Assembly (NCBI GenBank): GCA_050253415.1
Contig: JBFWJC010000005.1
Location: 64,001-128,000 of the forward strand
Source of the DNA: Pedobacter sp.
GTDB taxonomy: Bacteria; Desulfobacterota; Desulfuromonadia; Desulfuromonadales; Syntrophotaleaceae
Length of the DNA: 64,000 nucleotides
Direction: 5' to 3'
Shown here piece after piece: positions 1 to 9,618 of the stretch. Positions within the stretch are counted from its first letter, which is position 1, and each line of letters opens with the position of its first letter. The notes beneath the pieces are model-generated. The model saw nothing but the letters and a program-made list of their open reading frames with translations, was not told the origin of the DNA and ran no database searches. Both the position numbers and the translations under genes were made by a program.

Positions 1-1804
1 TCGTGCTCTGGGCCAACGCCTGGGGGAGGAATTCATTATCGATACTCTGGTGCGCCTGGGCACGGCCAATGAAACCGAAATTCTCAAACTGCTTCAGGAA
101 AAGCTGCATCTTGAATATGTGGATCTCAAGGAGATGAATCTGAGTGGCGAGGTGGTTCGCATTTTGCCCAAGGAACCTTGCATAAAACACCGCATGATTC
201 CCATTCGGCTTGATGACCGTCAGTTGACTCTGGCCATGGCTGACCCCTCCGACATCTATCAGTGCGACAATCTCGCCATGATAACCGGGTTCAGAATCAG
301 TCCGGTGATTGCCCGCAGTTCGGATATCCTGGAAAGACTCCACACCTTTCACGATACCGAGCCAAACCTAGGCAAGGTAAGTTTCGACGACATCCAGGAC
401 TTCGATCCCATGGATGAGGTGGATATTGTCATCGAGGACGATGAGGTAGATATCAGTGTCCAGGAACTCCTCAGTTCCTCCGAAGTCCCGCCTATTATCC
501 GGATTGTGAATTCCATCATATCCGAAGCCATCCGCTATCGGGCCAGCGACATTCACATCGAACCCAAGACCAAATACAGTGTTGTAAGATTTCGCATTGA
601 CGGCATGCTGCATGACAAAATCCGCATCCCTTCGGAACTGCATCCGGCGACGATCTCCCGGATCAAGATTCTGGGCAAACTCGATATTTCCGAGCGACGC
701 AAACCCCAGGATGGCCGCATCACCGTGAAATCCGCTACCCGGATGGTGGATCTGCGGGTTTCCACCATGCCGTCCATCAATGGCGAAAAGGTGGTTATGC
801 GGATCCTCGACAAAAGCGCCTCCGTCCGCAATATCGACGAGCTCGGCCTTCTCCCCGATGATCTGAAAAGCATCTACAGTCTGATCAAAAAGCCGCAAGG
901 GATACTCATTGCCACCGGTCCCACCGGCAGCGGCAAGACCACCATGCTCTACTCGATCCTGGGAAAAATGCTTGAAAGGTCTAAAAATTTCGAGACCATT
1001 GAAGATCCGGTGGAATATTTTGTCGAGGAGGCCAATCAGATCTATGTACGAGACAGGATAGGGCTGTCCTTCGCCTCCGTATTGCGAGCCACCCTGCGCC
1101 AAGATCCAGATGTCATTCTTGTTGGAGAAATCCGAGATTTCGATACCGCCGATGTCGCCTTCAAGGCAGCCCTGACCGGACACATGGTGCTCACGACACT
1201 GCATACAAACAGTTCCATTGCCTCCATTACCCGTCTTATCGATATCGGTATCAAGCCGTATCTGATCGCCTCGGCCCTGGAGGGGATTATTGCCCAGCGG
1301 CTAGTTCGACGCTGTTGTAAATACTGCAGGGTCGAAGAACCGCCGGATAGGGAGATCCTCGATCTTCTTCGCATCTCGCCGGAGATCATCGGTGAGCAGG
1401 TGGTTCGAGGCAAGGGGTGCCCCCGTTGTAATAATACTGGTTACCTTGGGAGGATTGGAATCTATGAGCTGTTCATGATGAACGATGATTTCCGCCATGT
1501 TATTTCGGAAACTTCCAAAGGGTCGGAGTTGCTGAACATGGCCAAGGCCATCGGCATGAAAACCCTGCTCGACGACGGATTGGTCAAGGTCAAGCAGGGA
1601 GAAACGACTCTGAGCGAAATTTTGAGGGTGCTAGGTCCTCAGATACGCCACGAAAGAGTCTGTGGAAAATGTCAGAAAATTATCGATGCCAAATTTCTCT
1701 TTTGTCCGTTCTGCGGACAATTCCGGCGGGATATCTGCGAAAAATGCAAAATTCCGCTGGAAGACGATTGGATCAACTGTGCAATGTGCGGCAGTAAACG
1801 ATAG
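1..1804 (+). CDS. GspE/PilB-family secretion/pilus assembly ATPase with C-terminal double zinc ribbon (5' end probably outside window)
   Basis: Walker A GPTGSGKTT, LRQDPDVILVGEIRD, His box HMVLTTLH, tetracysteine motif and four C-terminal CxxC pairs; the frame is open from position 2, so the true start is probably upstream of the window. Confidence 0.9.
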   Translation, partial: RALGQRLGEEFIIDTLVRLGTANETEILKLLQEKLHLEYVDLKEMNLSGEVVRILPKEPCIKHRMIPIRLDDRQLTLAMADPSDIYQCDNLAMITGFRISPVIARSSDILERLHTFHDTEPNLGKVSFDDIQDFDPMDEVDIVIEDDEVDISVQELLSSSEVPPIIRIVNSIISEAIRYRASDIHIEPKTKYSVVRFRIDGMLHDKIRIPSELHPATISRIKILGKLDISERRKPQDGRITVKSATRMVDLRVSTMPSINGEKVVMRILDKSASVRNIDELGLLPDDLKSIYSLIKKPQGILIATGPTGSGKTTMLYSILGKMLERSKNFETIEDPVEYFVEEANQIYVRDRIGLSFASVLRATLRQDPDVILVGEIRDFDTADVAFKAALTGHMVLTTLHTNSSIASITRLIDIGIKPYLIASALEGIIAQRLVRRCCKYCRVEEPPDREILDLLRISPEIIGEQVVRGKGCPRCNNTGYLGRIGIYELFMMNDDFRHVISETSKGSELLNMAKAIGMKTLLDDGLVKVKQGETTLSEILRVLGPQIRHERVCGKCQKIIDAKFLFCPFCGQFRRDICEKCKIPLEDDWINCAMCGSKR

Positions 1805-1883
1805 GTTCCCACTGGATATGTGGAAACGGAAATCCTTACCCGGCCGGTGCAACATTCGGCCTTACGGCGGAAGGCGGCGAGCT

Positions 1884-2444
1884 ATGGAAGAAACTATAAA
1901 CTGCATTTTGCTGGTGGACGATGAAGTTCATGTCGTCAAGGCGTTGCAGCGGGCTCTTATTGAAGAAGATTACGAAATTATTACAGCGAATAGCGGTGAA
2001 GAAGCTTTGGAGACCCTGTCCAGACATGCGGTCAAGGTAATAGTTTGCGATGAAAGGATGCCCGGCATGTCCGGGGCGGAACTGCTTTCCATCGTCAACA
2101 CCAGGCATCCGCAAATCGTACGGATCCTTCTTACCGGATATGCCACCCTTGAAAGCGCTATGAAAGCGGTGAACGAAGGTGAAATATGGCGGTTTTTCAC
2201 CAAGCCATGGAGCGATCTGGACCTTGCCCTAGCGATTCGCTTGGCTATCGAAAAATACGATATGGAAACGAAACTCCGGCAAATGATGGCCTTGGTGCGC
2301 ACGCAGCATCTCGAACTCGAAGCTCTTAAAGGTGTCAATTCTGGAAGCACGCTGTCGGGAAAAACCAAAGATGGCAGCTATTATATGCCTGAGCTGACGG
2401 AGCAAGATATTGCACAAATTTTGGAGGAATGCCGGACAAGTTAG
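1884..2444 (+). CDS. Response regulator (receiver domain plus short C-terminal extension)
   Basis: ILLVDDE...CDERMPGMSG...LLTGY...FFTKPW receiver motifs; ATG at 1884 preferred over the track start at 1662, which overlaps the ATPase. Confidence 0.88.
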   Translation: MEETINCILLVDDEVHVVKALQRALIEEDYEIITANSGEEALETLSRHAVKVIVCDERMPGMSGAELLSIVNTRHPQIVRILLTGYATLESAMKAVNEGEIWRFFTKPWSDLDLALAIRLAIEKYDMETKLRQMMALVRTQHLELEALKGVNSGSTLSGKTKDGSYYMPELTEQDIAQILEECRTS

Positions 2445-2743
2445 CTTTCCATCTGCAGATCCGGAATGGTCAGAATATACTCTATAGTGAGCCTCACCCA
2501 AAAACCGACCAAGACACACTTATAATTTCAAGTTTGCTTATCTAGATGAAAGAACGGTGCGGCGGCTGCCGTTGTAATGTTGGCGCCAACCTCCTATCTT
2601 TCTTTGAGCATCATGTTCGCTAATGCGGTAATGCTCCAAGAGAAAACTGACCAAAGTGTGACTAGAATCAGGCATTACCACTTTCCGGCAGAACATCTTG
2701 TATCAATTATTTTGCAATGGATTAGTTTTCAGGGGAAGGTCAA

Positions 2744-2971
2744 ATGCACTATAAATTTTCAGACATTGTTGATATCCCAACGATTCAAGAACTAATAGAG
2801 AGTTCATATAGAATATCTTGCATTCCAGTGAGGGTAATAGACACTTACGGAACAGTGCTAATCACCACAGAAAGGATTGATATTGACAGCCAAATTCATC
2901 GTGGTTTCCCGGAAACAAGGTTGCTTTTTCGTGAGAGAGAAACATTCCTTCAGGGGCATTTGGTAGTGTAA
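2744..2971 (+). pseudogene. N-terminal PocR-like sensor domain fragment truncated by IS256
   Basis: YKFSDIVDIPTIQELIESSYRISCIPVRVID resembles the start of PocR sensor domains; the ORF runs into the IS256 terminal repeat at 2962 and stops inside it. Confidence 0.6.
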
Positions 2972-4329
2972 AGAATTTTTCGCTTTTTTTCGGCAGCGCC
3001 CCTGTCGGTTAGCTGGTTTCGGCCCCCATGCTCAGTTCCAAATCTTGCTCCCGGAGAAGATCCATATTCAGGTACCGCCTTGAGCCCCACTTGATCCCGG
3101 CGATGTGCCGCAGACGGGCCGCACAGAGCATCAGGGCCGAGTGACCATCCGGAAAGGCTCCGACCACCCTGGTTCGCCTACGGATCTTCTTCATGATCCG
3201 CTCCAGGGCATTATTGGTGCGAATTCGCGTGTGGTGCTGGCGGGGAAAGTCATAATAGGTCAACGTTTCACCAATGGAATCGCGGACCTTTTTAGCGGCC
3301 TCTTTCAGGCGCATCCCGGCCAGTTTTTCGCGGACCTGCTCGGCTTTTTGCTTCGCCGCCTCCTTGTCTTCCGAGGCGTGAATCGCCTTGAGCATAGCCG
3401 CAACTTCCCGCATTCGCTTGGCCAGCAACTCGCTGAAAACATTGCGGTAGAAATGGACCATACAGCGCTGCCATTTGCCCGCAGGAAAAAACTCGCCAAG
3501 GGATTCCACCAAGCCCATGCAGGCATCGGTGATAAAAAGGCGCCCCCCCCCTGAGGCCTCGCTCTTTCAAATGACGAAGAAAATTGGACCATCCGGCTCG
3601 GTCTTCTTTGTGTCCTTCGGCCACCCCGAGAATTTTCCGGTACCCGCAGGCGTTTACGCCGATGGCGACCAGCACCGAAACGTTGCTGAACTCCCCGCCC
3701 CAGGAGCGCTTCAGAACGATACCGTCGATGTAGACGTAGGGGATTCCTCAATGGGGCGGTTTCGCCACTCTTCGATCTTGGCGTACACTTTTTTGTTGAG
3801 GTTGCTGATGGTCCCAGGGCTCACCTTGATGCCCCAAAGGGCTTCGGTGATATCCTCAACGCGGCGCACCGAGACGCCGGCCAGGTACATCTCGATCAAA
3901 GCTTCTTCCACCGAGGCCTCTCGGCGCCGATAGCGTTCGATGATGGCGGTCTCAAAAGTCTGGCGCCGTAGCTTGAGCATGTTCAGCGTCACCTCGCCGG
4001 CCTGAGTCTGTAATTTGCGCTGATAATGGCCGGCCCTGGTATCGGTGCGGGCTTCGTTGCGTTGGTATTTTTCAGCATTGCACAGCCGATCCGCTTCGGC
4101 ATCGAGCATGTCTTTCAGCGTCTGCTCCACGGTGCTGCGCACGATCTGCCCCAGGTGATTGCGGACAGCGGTTTCATTCAGTTGGATAATTTTGTCCCGA
4201 TCTGGTGTACAATCGTTGTCCACGGCAGTGCTTCCTTTCTTGGTTAAGGTTTGCGTTTGGCGACACAATTCTAACCTCAAGGGGCACTGCCGTGCCTCAT
4301 GAAAAAAGCGAAAAATATTTTACGTTATC
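2962..4329 (-). mobile_element. IS256-family insertion sequence
   Basis: Imperfect terminal inverted repeats ggtagtgtaaagaatttttcgctttttt (from 2962) and gataacgtaaaatatttttcgctttttt (reverse complement of the end at 4329) enclose an IS256 transposase. Confidence 0.88.
3009..4223 (-). pseudogene. IS256 transposase with two frameshifts
   Basis: Three consecutive frames: EMYLAGVSVRRVEDITEALWG; PYVYIDGIVLKRSWGGE...VLVAIGVN; WQRCMVHFYRN...IRTNNALERIMKKIRRRTRVVGAFP. Shifts near 3745 and at the C9 run 3543-3551. Confidence 0.88.
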
Positions 4330-4489
4330 AGGGCGATACCTGCGTCTTGCGCAGTCCCTTGTGAAATCTTGCTGCACTAACTGACAGGTCTGTTCCTATC
4401 TTAAAATTGGAATTGGACGCAACGCCAAGGCAACCCAAACGATGTTCGCTTAATGGCCAGGTAGGTTTCAGGTGGAAGGGATAGGCAGG

Positions 4490-4760
4490 CATCTCAAGAA
4501 TTTTAGCGCATTTAAGCAAAGAATAGCTATTAGTCATGCATTCCATAAATGGCAACCCTTTGTCAGGATGGTGCGTTCCGGCAAAGGGGTATGGGTGAAG
4601 TCGCTGAAAACCTTGCGGCAGGAGGAACAGCGATAACGCTGCCGGTCGTTCTGGGTACCGTAGCGAATAATCTTTTCATGCCTACAATGCGGCCAGGAAA
4701 AGCCTTTTCGGAACCTGTTATCACGGACCTCGCCAGTCAGGTTGCTGAACTTTAAAATTG
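4490..4760 (-). pseudogene. IS1595-like transposase N-terminal fragment (zinc ribbon plus HTH start), frameshifted
   Basis: NRFRKGFSWPHCRHEKIIRYG...RQRYRCSSCRKVFSDFTHTPL, then in another frame PFMECMTNSYSLLKCAKILE; no DDE part visible; boundaries approximate. Confidence 0.65.
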
Positions 4761-6296
4761 ACAATCTCATCAATAGCAATTGCTCCCTTCGCAAGCCCCA
4801 GCCTCATAGCAGCAGTTTTCTTGTCAACTTTACTCTTGAGGTAAAAATTGTAATACACTCTAAAAATATCCAGTAGCTTCTGTACCAACGCTGGGTTATA
4901 TGGCTGGTAGCCACTCCAGATTCGATTCTGGTTACTCTTGGACTTTTTTGGCCGATCCAATGGGTTCAGCCTAGTTCGGATCTGGTTGAAGTAGCTATCG
5001 ATGGCATGTAAGCTCGCCATGTGGTACAGATTAGCCAATTGCATCTCATCCAGATCGTTTCGGTTGGTCAGATAGAAAACGGCCTTTTCCGGCTTGCTCA
5101 TATCCTGGAACGGGTATTCCAACCACCGATCCTCCCACCTTCCGATGGTCTTTAGGCGTTTCATCTCCTCGGCAATCCGGAGCAGCCTTATCGATTTATC
5201 GGACAGCATTAGGTATTTGTAGCGTTGTGCATCCATGTCACGCTTATATATAGCAACAAGTCTCTGCTTTTGTGAATGGTCAGATCCTTATTGATGCGTA
5301 CGAAGAAGGCGTCACACTTCCCAGAGATAACTTCATCAGCAAAGGCAGACATACAGGCTGCCCGGATGCCCAAATCTTGATCCAAAAAGAACCAAATCTT
5401 TCCTGCGTTGGAGAGCAGCTTCTTGAGAAAAAAGAAGTGCCCGTACATCGTGTATTCCTCATGGATCTGCATTCCCTTGTGCGGCTCCGGATCGTCCGAC
5501 TCCTCGATCTCGCCTCGCTCCAGAGCATCCTGATAACGCATGGCAATATCGAAGGTCAGTCCTCCCGGCGGGATCGGCCCCTTCTGGTGCTTTGGCCGCT
5601 TGCGGTCGGCGTTGTCATGATCCACTTCAAGCCAAATCCGGGCAAATTCGCGAAACGGCATATCGAGGTTCTCGTCACCATTTTTTTCACAGTCGCCCGA
5701 ATAAAATCAGGGTCGAGGCTTGTGTCGTAGTTCACGTGCATGCCAAAGACGTAACCGGAGCGTATATCGGCCGTGCCGGTTGCCTTGATTATAACGTTGC
5801 GCTTATCCTTCGTATTCGTCCAGTTGACGATATATTCCTGTCGATCCGTGGCACAAGGTATAGACTGTGCATTGAAAGTCCCCCAAGGAGGAATTTGCGC
5901 TCCCTGTCAGCTATAAATGCAAGACAATGGGCATTGATAAAGTCTATCTTCCGATATACGGTGCGCATCGATACCTCGGCCACTTCACAGATGTGGACGA
6001 GCGGCTCCTTGTTCATCAGGAACTTCATGATCGTTTTATTTTTGTAGGCCACACGCTGTCGGGTGGTGGGTTTAGCACTGATTGAAAATGTTTTTCCACA
6101 TTCCTTGCAGCGATAACGTCTGGCACCCGTATCTGTCGTACCGAACTTCTGGTAGAAGCACTTGCCCTCGTTAACGTCGACACCGTAGTTGGTACAGGAT
6201 TCATCAGGACAGCATTGCACAACGTCAGAGGTTTTCTTCCAGACTGAACCCCAACTTATACCCATAGGTTGGGATTCGGTGATTTAGGGACGGCAT
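4721..6296 (-). pseudogene. Large zinc-finger transposase-like gene broken into at least four frames
   Basis: Fragments: CCPDESCTN...FYQKFGTT.TGARRYRCKECGKTFS plus HTH (5789-6265); HVNYDTSLD (5556-5741); YGHFFFLKKLL...FFLDQDLGIRAA (5209-5661); LHAIDSYFNQIR...YYNF...KTAAMRLGLAKG (4721-5236). Confidence 0.6.
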
Positions 6297-6591
6297 CCCT
6301 TTTTTGACATAAGGTTTGTACCGAGCCCTAAATTGACCTAGAAATTTGTCTCGTCAGAATAAATTTAACTCATATGTTCCTAGAACCAACAGAATCAATA
6401 TGCAAAAAATCGGTTTAGAACTATAAAAAACCTAGCGCCGGGTAGACGTACGGCGCAATCTAAGTCTGAGGTGCAGGCGTCTTAATCGAAGCGCTAAGAA
6501 TATTATTCAAATTCAGCTTGTCGTACTTTATTGAAAAAAGGGGGAGGGAATAATACTGCAATAGATACAATCTCTTAATTTTTAAGTATCC

Positions 6592-8754
6592 TTAAATGTA
6601 AAAGCCAACATCTCTATTATATCGCTTATTAATGGCATTGATGAATGCCGATCGGTCACCTACAAATATCACCCTCTCCATTCCACGCGTAAGAGCTGTA
6701 TAGATAATCGAGTTATTAAGGTTGCGGTTTTTATGCATGGGGACAATAACGTTTTTCCATTTAGAACCTTGTGACCTATGGATGGGTAAGGAATAGGCCA
6801 GCTCGATTTGATCAAAGTCTTTTTCATGGATAGAACGGGCCTTTCCATCATCCCAGTGAGCGCTTATAGTCCATCCGTTCTCCTGGTCTAGCGAAATATT
6901 TGTGATGATTCCGAGGCTGTTTTTGAACAATTCAAGCTCGTAGTCGTTCTCGATAAAAATGACGGGGTCACCGACAGCATATTTCCATATCTCGCCGCCA
7001 TAAAAGGTCGAATGATCTTCTATTTGTTGGTGTTGGAGCAATTGATTGAGCGGGTATACACCGGCTCTGCCATTCTGTACAGAGCCGAGAATACGAGTCG
7101 ATTCTATATCATCGTTTTTCAGCCCCTCGAAGGTCTCGGAGACTCTGGTTGGTATATCTTCAAGGGAACACTCAATGAAAAAGACTCCTGGTCTTTCTGG
7201 AGTGGATGGGTTGAAGGGAAGAATTGCATTATTGGCTTTTTCGGCATCGTTTAAGAGAATACCCTCCGCAACATCAAGGATAGCAGAATCCTTCTCCTGA
7301 CTACAGATGACCTCAAGCTCTACTTTGGGCACAAGAACCGATTCTACAAGTTTATGGAACACCAGGCCAAATGAATCGGGTGGAAGTTGACGAGAGTCGC
7401 CAACCATCAGGATGCTTGCACCTCCTGGAATACATGACAAGAGGCGGTACATGGAGGACAAATCCACCATGGAGGATTCAACTATGATGAAAAAGGTGTC
7501 CTCGACCACCTGCCGCTTTCCACTTCTAACGTCCATACAGAATTTAGCAATAGGTAACGCCGGATGTAGCGTAAGATCTCGCATACGCCGGGCTGCAGGT
7601 CCAGAAGGTGCCATTTGGACAACCGGAGTGCCGGTCTTTTCCAAAACTTCGTAAATAGCCAAGAGGACGGTATTTTTTCCCGTTCCGATGCCACCACAGA
7701 TAATACTGAATTTTTCTTCGAGAGCTTGATAAACAGCCTGTTTCTGCTTTTTATTGAGTGTAATGTTTTTATTCTGACGGGCGCTTAAAGCCTTCTCGGC
7801 CGCTCGTATTCCACATTCAATGTCCTTGTCCTCAAATGCGCTAACGAGTTGGGTATCTGCTTCCTTGCGGCCATGAATGGCAAGCAGTCGTTCTCGAATT
7901 CTCCTTTCAAGGCGGGCAACGCCTCTATGCTGATATCCATCTTGCTTATTGCCCACAAGGACCTTTATTTCTTTAGCAACCGTCAAAGCCTTTATAGGCA
8001 ACGAACTATCACCTTCGTTCAGGTTAGCTCTTACCTTTGCCAGTAATTTGGAGTGCGGCGTCAAAGTGTGGGCTTTATCGTGGCGTGAGTATAGAGCTGC
8101 TTCTACTGCTCCTAGAAGGCGTCGATTATCGCATCCCGATATTCCTAAAAGACGGGCAGCGTTATCAACCAACTTCCATCCTGTGAATGCAAGTAGCTTG
8201 TAGGGATCATTACTCAGAAGATCAATAGAGCAGGGGCCCCAAGCTCGGATAATTTCCTTTGCAAGCCGGAAGTCTATCTCATGGTCACTTAGCCACCATA
8301 TGACTCGAATTTCCAAGGAGGCGGCTTTCCAGCGCTCGACCAATTCGGAGGCAAGAGACACGCTGATGCCCTCAGCCTGAACAAGTGTTTTGACGTCCCC
8401 AAGCTCCAAATGGTCCCTTAGGGTAGGGCCAAAAGTCGTCTTGAGAGATTTTATTTTCTTGGCACCAAGTGCGAAACCTCTCATGGTAGGGCTTTTGGTC
8501 AAGTAGTCGATAACGAGCCGACCCGAGGGCATATCAAGCAGAAGGTGGGAAGCACGCAATTGCTTTCCGTGCTTAGGGTGGTGCTCGAACACCCCTGTCA
8601 CAGTCCAAACTTCATCCTTACCCGGAGTTTGGAGGATGATGTTGTAGGGCGCAACAACCTTTATCTCTCCGGAATTGCTCTTCCCGGTAAAGATAGCACC
8701 ACCTCCCTGTGTTGAGAGGACCCTGTCAACGATTAAGCTGATTTTTACGAGCAT
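6592..8754 (-). CDS. RecD2-like SF1B helicase with degenerate catalytic motifs
   Basis: RecD2 architecture: N-terminal OB-like GVFEHHPKHGKQL, DPYKL, GGIGTGKNT, VGDSRQLPP, GDPVIFIENDY, AYSLPIHRSQGS, IYTALTRG; start overlaps the stop of the preceding ORF. Confidence 0.85.
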   Translation of the reverse strand: MLVKISLIVDRVLSTQGGGAIFTGKSNSGEIKVVAPYNIILQTPGKDEVWTVTGVFEHHPKHGKQLRASHLLLDMPSGRLVIDYLTKSPTMRGFALGAKKIKSLKTTFGPTLRDHLELGDVKTLVQAEGISVSLASELVERWKAASLEIRVIWWLSDHEIDFRLAKEIIRAWGPCSIDLLSNDPYKLLAFTGWKLVDNAARLLGISGCDNRRLLGAVEAALYSRHDKAHTLTPHSKLLAKVRANLNEGDSSLPIKALTVAKEIKVLVGNKQDGYQHRGVARLERRIRERLLAIHGRKEADTQLVSAFEDKDIECGIRAAEKALSARQNKNITLNKKQKQAVYQALEEKFSIICGGIGTGKNTVLLAIYEVLEKTGTPVVQMAPSGPAARRMRDLTLHPALPIAKFCMDVRSGKRQVVEDTFFIIVESSMVDLSSMYRLLSCIPGGASILMVGDSRQLPPDSFGLVFHKLVESVLVPKVELEVICSQEKDSAILDVAEGILLNDAEKANNAILPFNPSTPERPGVFFIECSLEDIPTRVSETFEGLKNDDIESTRILGSVQNGRAGVYPLNQLLQHQQIEDHSTFYGGEIWKYAVGDPVIFIENDYELELFKNSLGIITNISLDQENGWTISAHWDDGKARSIHEKDFDQIELAYSLPIHRSQGSKWKNVIVPMHKNRNLNNSIIYTALTRGMERVIFVGDRSAFINAINKRYNRDVGFYI

Positions 8755-9188
8755 GTTTTGCGTCGAATTTCTCTTCCAGTTTCAAGGAGGTGATCTTCAT
8801 CAGATAGGGCGTTTTGAAGTGCCTTTTTAATAACTTTGTTTTCCTCAATCACAGTCTGGAACTGGTTTTGAAGTTCAATGATCTTATTATTAAGTTTTTT
8901 GATCTCACGATCCCTTTCTAGCAGAAGGGACTCGGTGTTTTTGTTGCTAGTCTTAGAATCCGTGTTGGTTGGTTCGATCATTGGCAGGGTATATCCATGG
9001 CGCTTGCAGTAGTCCACAAGCAATTTGGTTACACCAGTATTCTCATAGACAGGTGTTCTGTATTTGTAACCAACCATTCGAAAAAGCTGGCTAATATTCA
9101 CCTTGCCTGCACGCAGGGGTAATTCCGGCTTTAGAGCCAAAAACGATCGCATCATCTCAACGTGTTTTTTCCCCTGTTCCAAACTCAT
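8745..9188 (-). CDS. Hypothetical protein, possibly a second TnpC-like HTH/coiled-coil protein
   Basis: KVNISQLFRMVG...VYEN followed by a long coiled coil, the same layout as the adjacent TnpC-like ORF; tight operon spacing. Confidence 0.55.
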   Translation of the reverse strand: MSLEQGKKHVEMMRSFLALKPELPLRAGKVNISQLFRMVGYKYRTPVYENTGVTKLLVDYCKRHGYTLPMIEPTNTDSKTSNKNTESLLLERDREIKKLNNKIIELQNQFQTVIEENKVIKKALQNALSDEDHLLETGREIRRKTCS

Positions 9189-9202
9189 CGGTGGTTTCCT
9201 AC

Positions 9203-9607
9203 CTACTTAATAATTGCTCGCTCTAGTTCACGTATTTTACCGTATGCTTTCTGGGACTTTTCCTTTTCTTTTTTTAATTCCTCTTCAAGTTTTTTGATTT
9301 TCAATTTTAAGGTTGCATTGACAGAGGCTTTCGAACCTTCAGAAGGGCGCTCCCTTTTCGAGGTTTCGCCAGTAACTTGACCATGATCTCCTTGCCTTTT
9401 AATCAAATCTTCAATCCGAAGACGAAACTCGCTATGATCATAGAGGTATGTTCGCGAAACGCCAGCTTGTCTTGCTACCTCAGCAATAGAAAAAGGTATG
9501 TTGTCTTTAAGCATTTTCTTGATAGCTTTTTGGGTCGATTTGGACTTCTTGTCGACCTTGTTGGCAGTTGCGGCCGCGAGAGCTTCTAATTTTTTAATCT
9601 CAGACAT
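9203..9607 (-). CDS. Tn554 TnpC-like protein (DUF6262 type)
   Basis: KAIKKMLKDNIPFSIAEVARQAGVSRTYLYDHSEFRLRIEDL plus C-terminal coiled coil; lies after the TnpB-like genes. Confidence 0.8.
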   Translation of the reverse strand: MSEIKKLEALAAATANKVDKKSKSTQKAIKKMLKDNIPFSIAEVARQAGVSRTYLYDHSEFRLRIEDLIKRQGDHGQVTGETSKRERPSEGSKASVNATLKLKIKKLEEELKKEKEKSQKAYGKIRELERAIIK

Positions 9608-9618
9608 AGCTTCAATCC

